Shown one piece after another: positions 63,221 through 64,000 of a stretch of DNA of 64,000 nucleotides. The stretch is from positions 129,827,534 to 129,891,533 of the forward strand of contig NC_068982.1 of NCBI RefSeq assembly GCF_001194135.2, written 5' to 3'. The position numbers and the translations under genes are program-made. Numbering within the stretch: position 1 is the stretch's first letter; the number at the start of each line of letters is the position of its first letter. The notes under the pieces were generated by a model. The model saw only the letters and a program-made list of their open reading frames with translations. It ran no database searches and was not told the origin of the DNA. Origin of the DNA: Octopus bimaculoides (taxonomy: Eukaryota).

Positions 63221-64000
63221 GGGACCTTTATGATTTGACGGGCAACATTTTTTTATGTAGTGTTTTTGGTACCGAAACACTTTCAAACTTCTTATACTTG
63301 TATATTTTGTGGTATAGAACAGATAAAAAAATTTGTATTCGAAGTTATTTCACGTTAAAAATTGTCTTATTTCGATAATTTCAACTAATCACTGACGTCT
63401 ATTCAGTTGAATACAGTTAGTGCTGTGACGGTGTATATGGTATTAATCCCCGTTAGTTTTGACATTACCGATTAACTAGACTGTTCGTAAACAAAGGGGA
63501 AAAAGCCATCAAAGTACTTGAATATTGCCTGCACTTGTTATTGGAGCTACCAGAATTATCAATGCACCTCCCCCAAGTGCTTCATTTCCTGGAAATAGCA
63601 GCCAAATCTTCTTCAAATCAAACTGTAGTTTAGGGTTAGGGTTCGGGTTCTAGAGTTAGGGTTATGAATGAGGTTATGGCAAAAATATACACACACAGAT
63701 ACGCACAGCGTAATTTATTATATAAACAATATATGTGTATAAATTACGATTAAACCGGATGAAATATGTCACAGGGAATAACACACTTAACACCGGCAGA
63801 AATTTATTGTTTACAAAAGAGCACTGACTGTATTCAGCTGAATAGACGTCAGTGATTGGTTGAAATTACAGAAATACGACAACTTTAACATGAAATAACT
63901 TGCGATGTACAATTTTTTGTTAAGAAGGCTAAGAGAAAAAGTTGTTTTGTATGACACATTCTACCAGTGTTCCAAGTTTGAAAGTGTTTCGTTAAGAAAA
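63221..64000. mobile_element. Relative of the 36021 MITE, truncated by the window edge
   Basis: Both arms align with 36060-36230 and 36560-36700 (GTGTTTTTGGTACCGAAA.ACTTTCAAACTT...; ...GACACATTCTACCAGTGT.CCAAGTTT.AAAGTGTTTCGTTAAGAAAA). Internal TAGGGTTAGGG. Confidence 0.8.

Overview
AT-rich, repeat-dense animal genomic DNA with three N-gaps. The SINE/RTE tail families and microsatellite style look like a coleoid cephalopod, most likely Octopus; this is an inference from recall, not a search. Two protein-coding genes are well supported, both on the minus strand. (1) The 5' five coding exons of CASC3/MLN51/Barentsz (exon-junction complex) run from the ATG at 17152 to the left edge; none of the ORF-track entries gives these exons correctly. 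(2) A complete kinesin-2 KIF3A has an uninterrupted 2.24-kb CDS at 53589-55829. The rest is mostly mobile DNA: RTE, CR1-like and R4/Dong-like LINE fragments, several tRNA-SINE families, two mariners, a DD37D (maT) element, hAT and TTAA MITEs, and a Helentron-like element. The most interesting structures are: a 563-bp miniature LTR element (TRIM) with a tRNA-Ser PBS and a PPT, nested in a TTAA MITE (28234-28796); a palindromic element in CASC3 intron 1 carrying two degenerate minimal hammerhead ribozymes (10451-10657); a 710-bp TG...CA MITE with a 6-bp TSD; and an inverted repeat pair bracketing the frame-preserving CASC3 exons 2-3. Most short ORFs in the track are microsatellite, gap or TE artefacts. 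All alignments and counts were done by eye.
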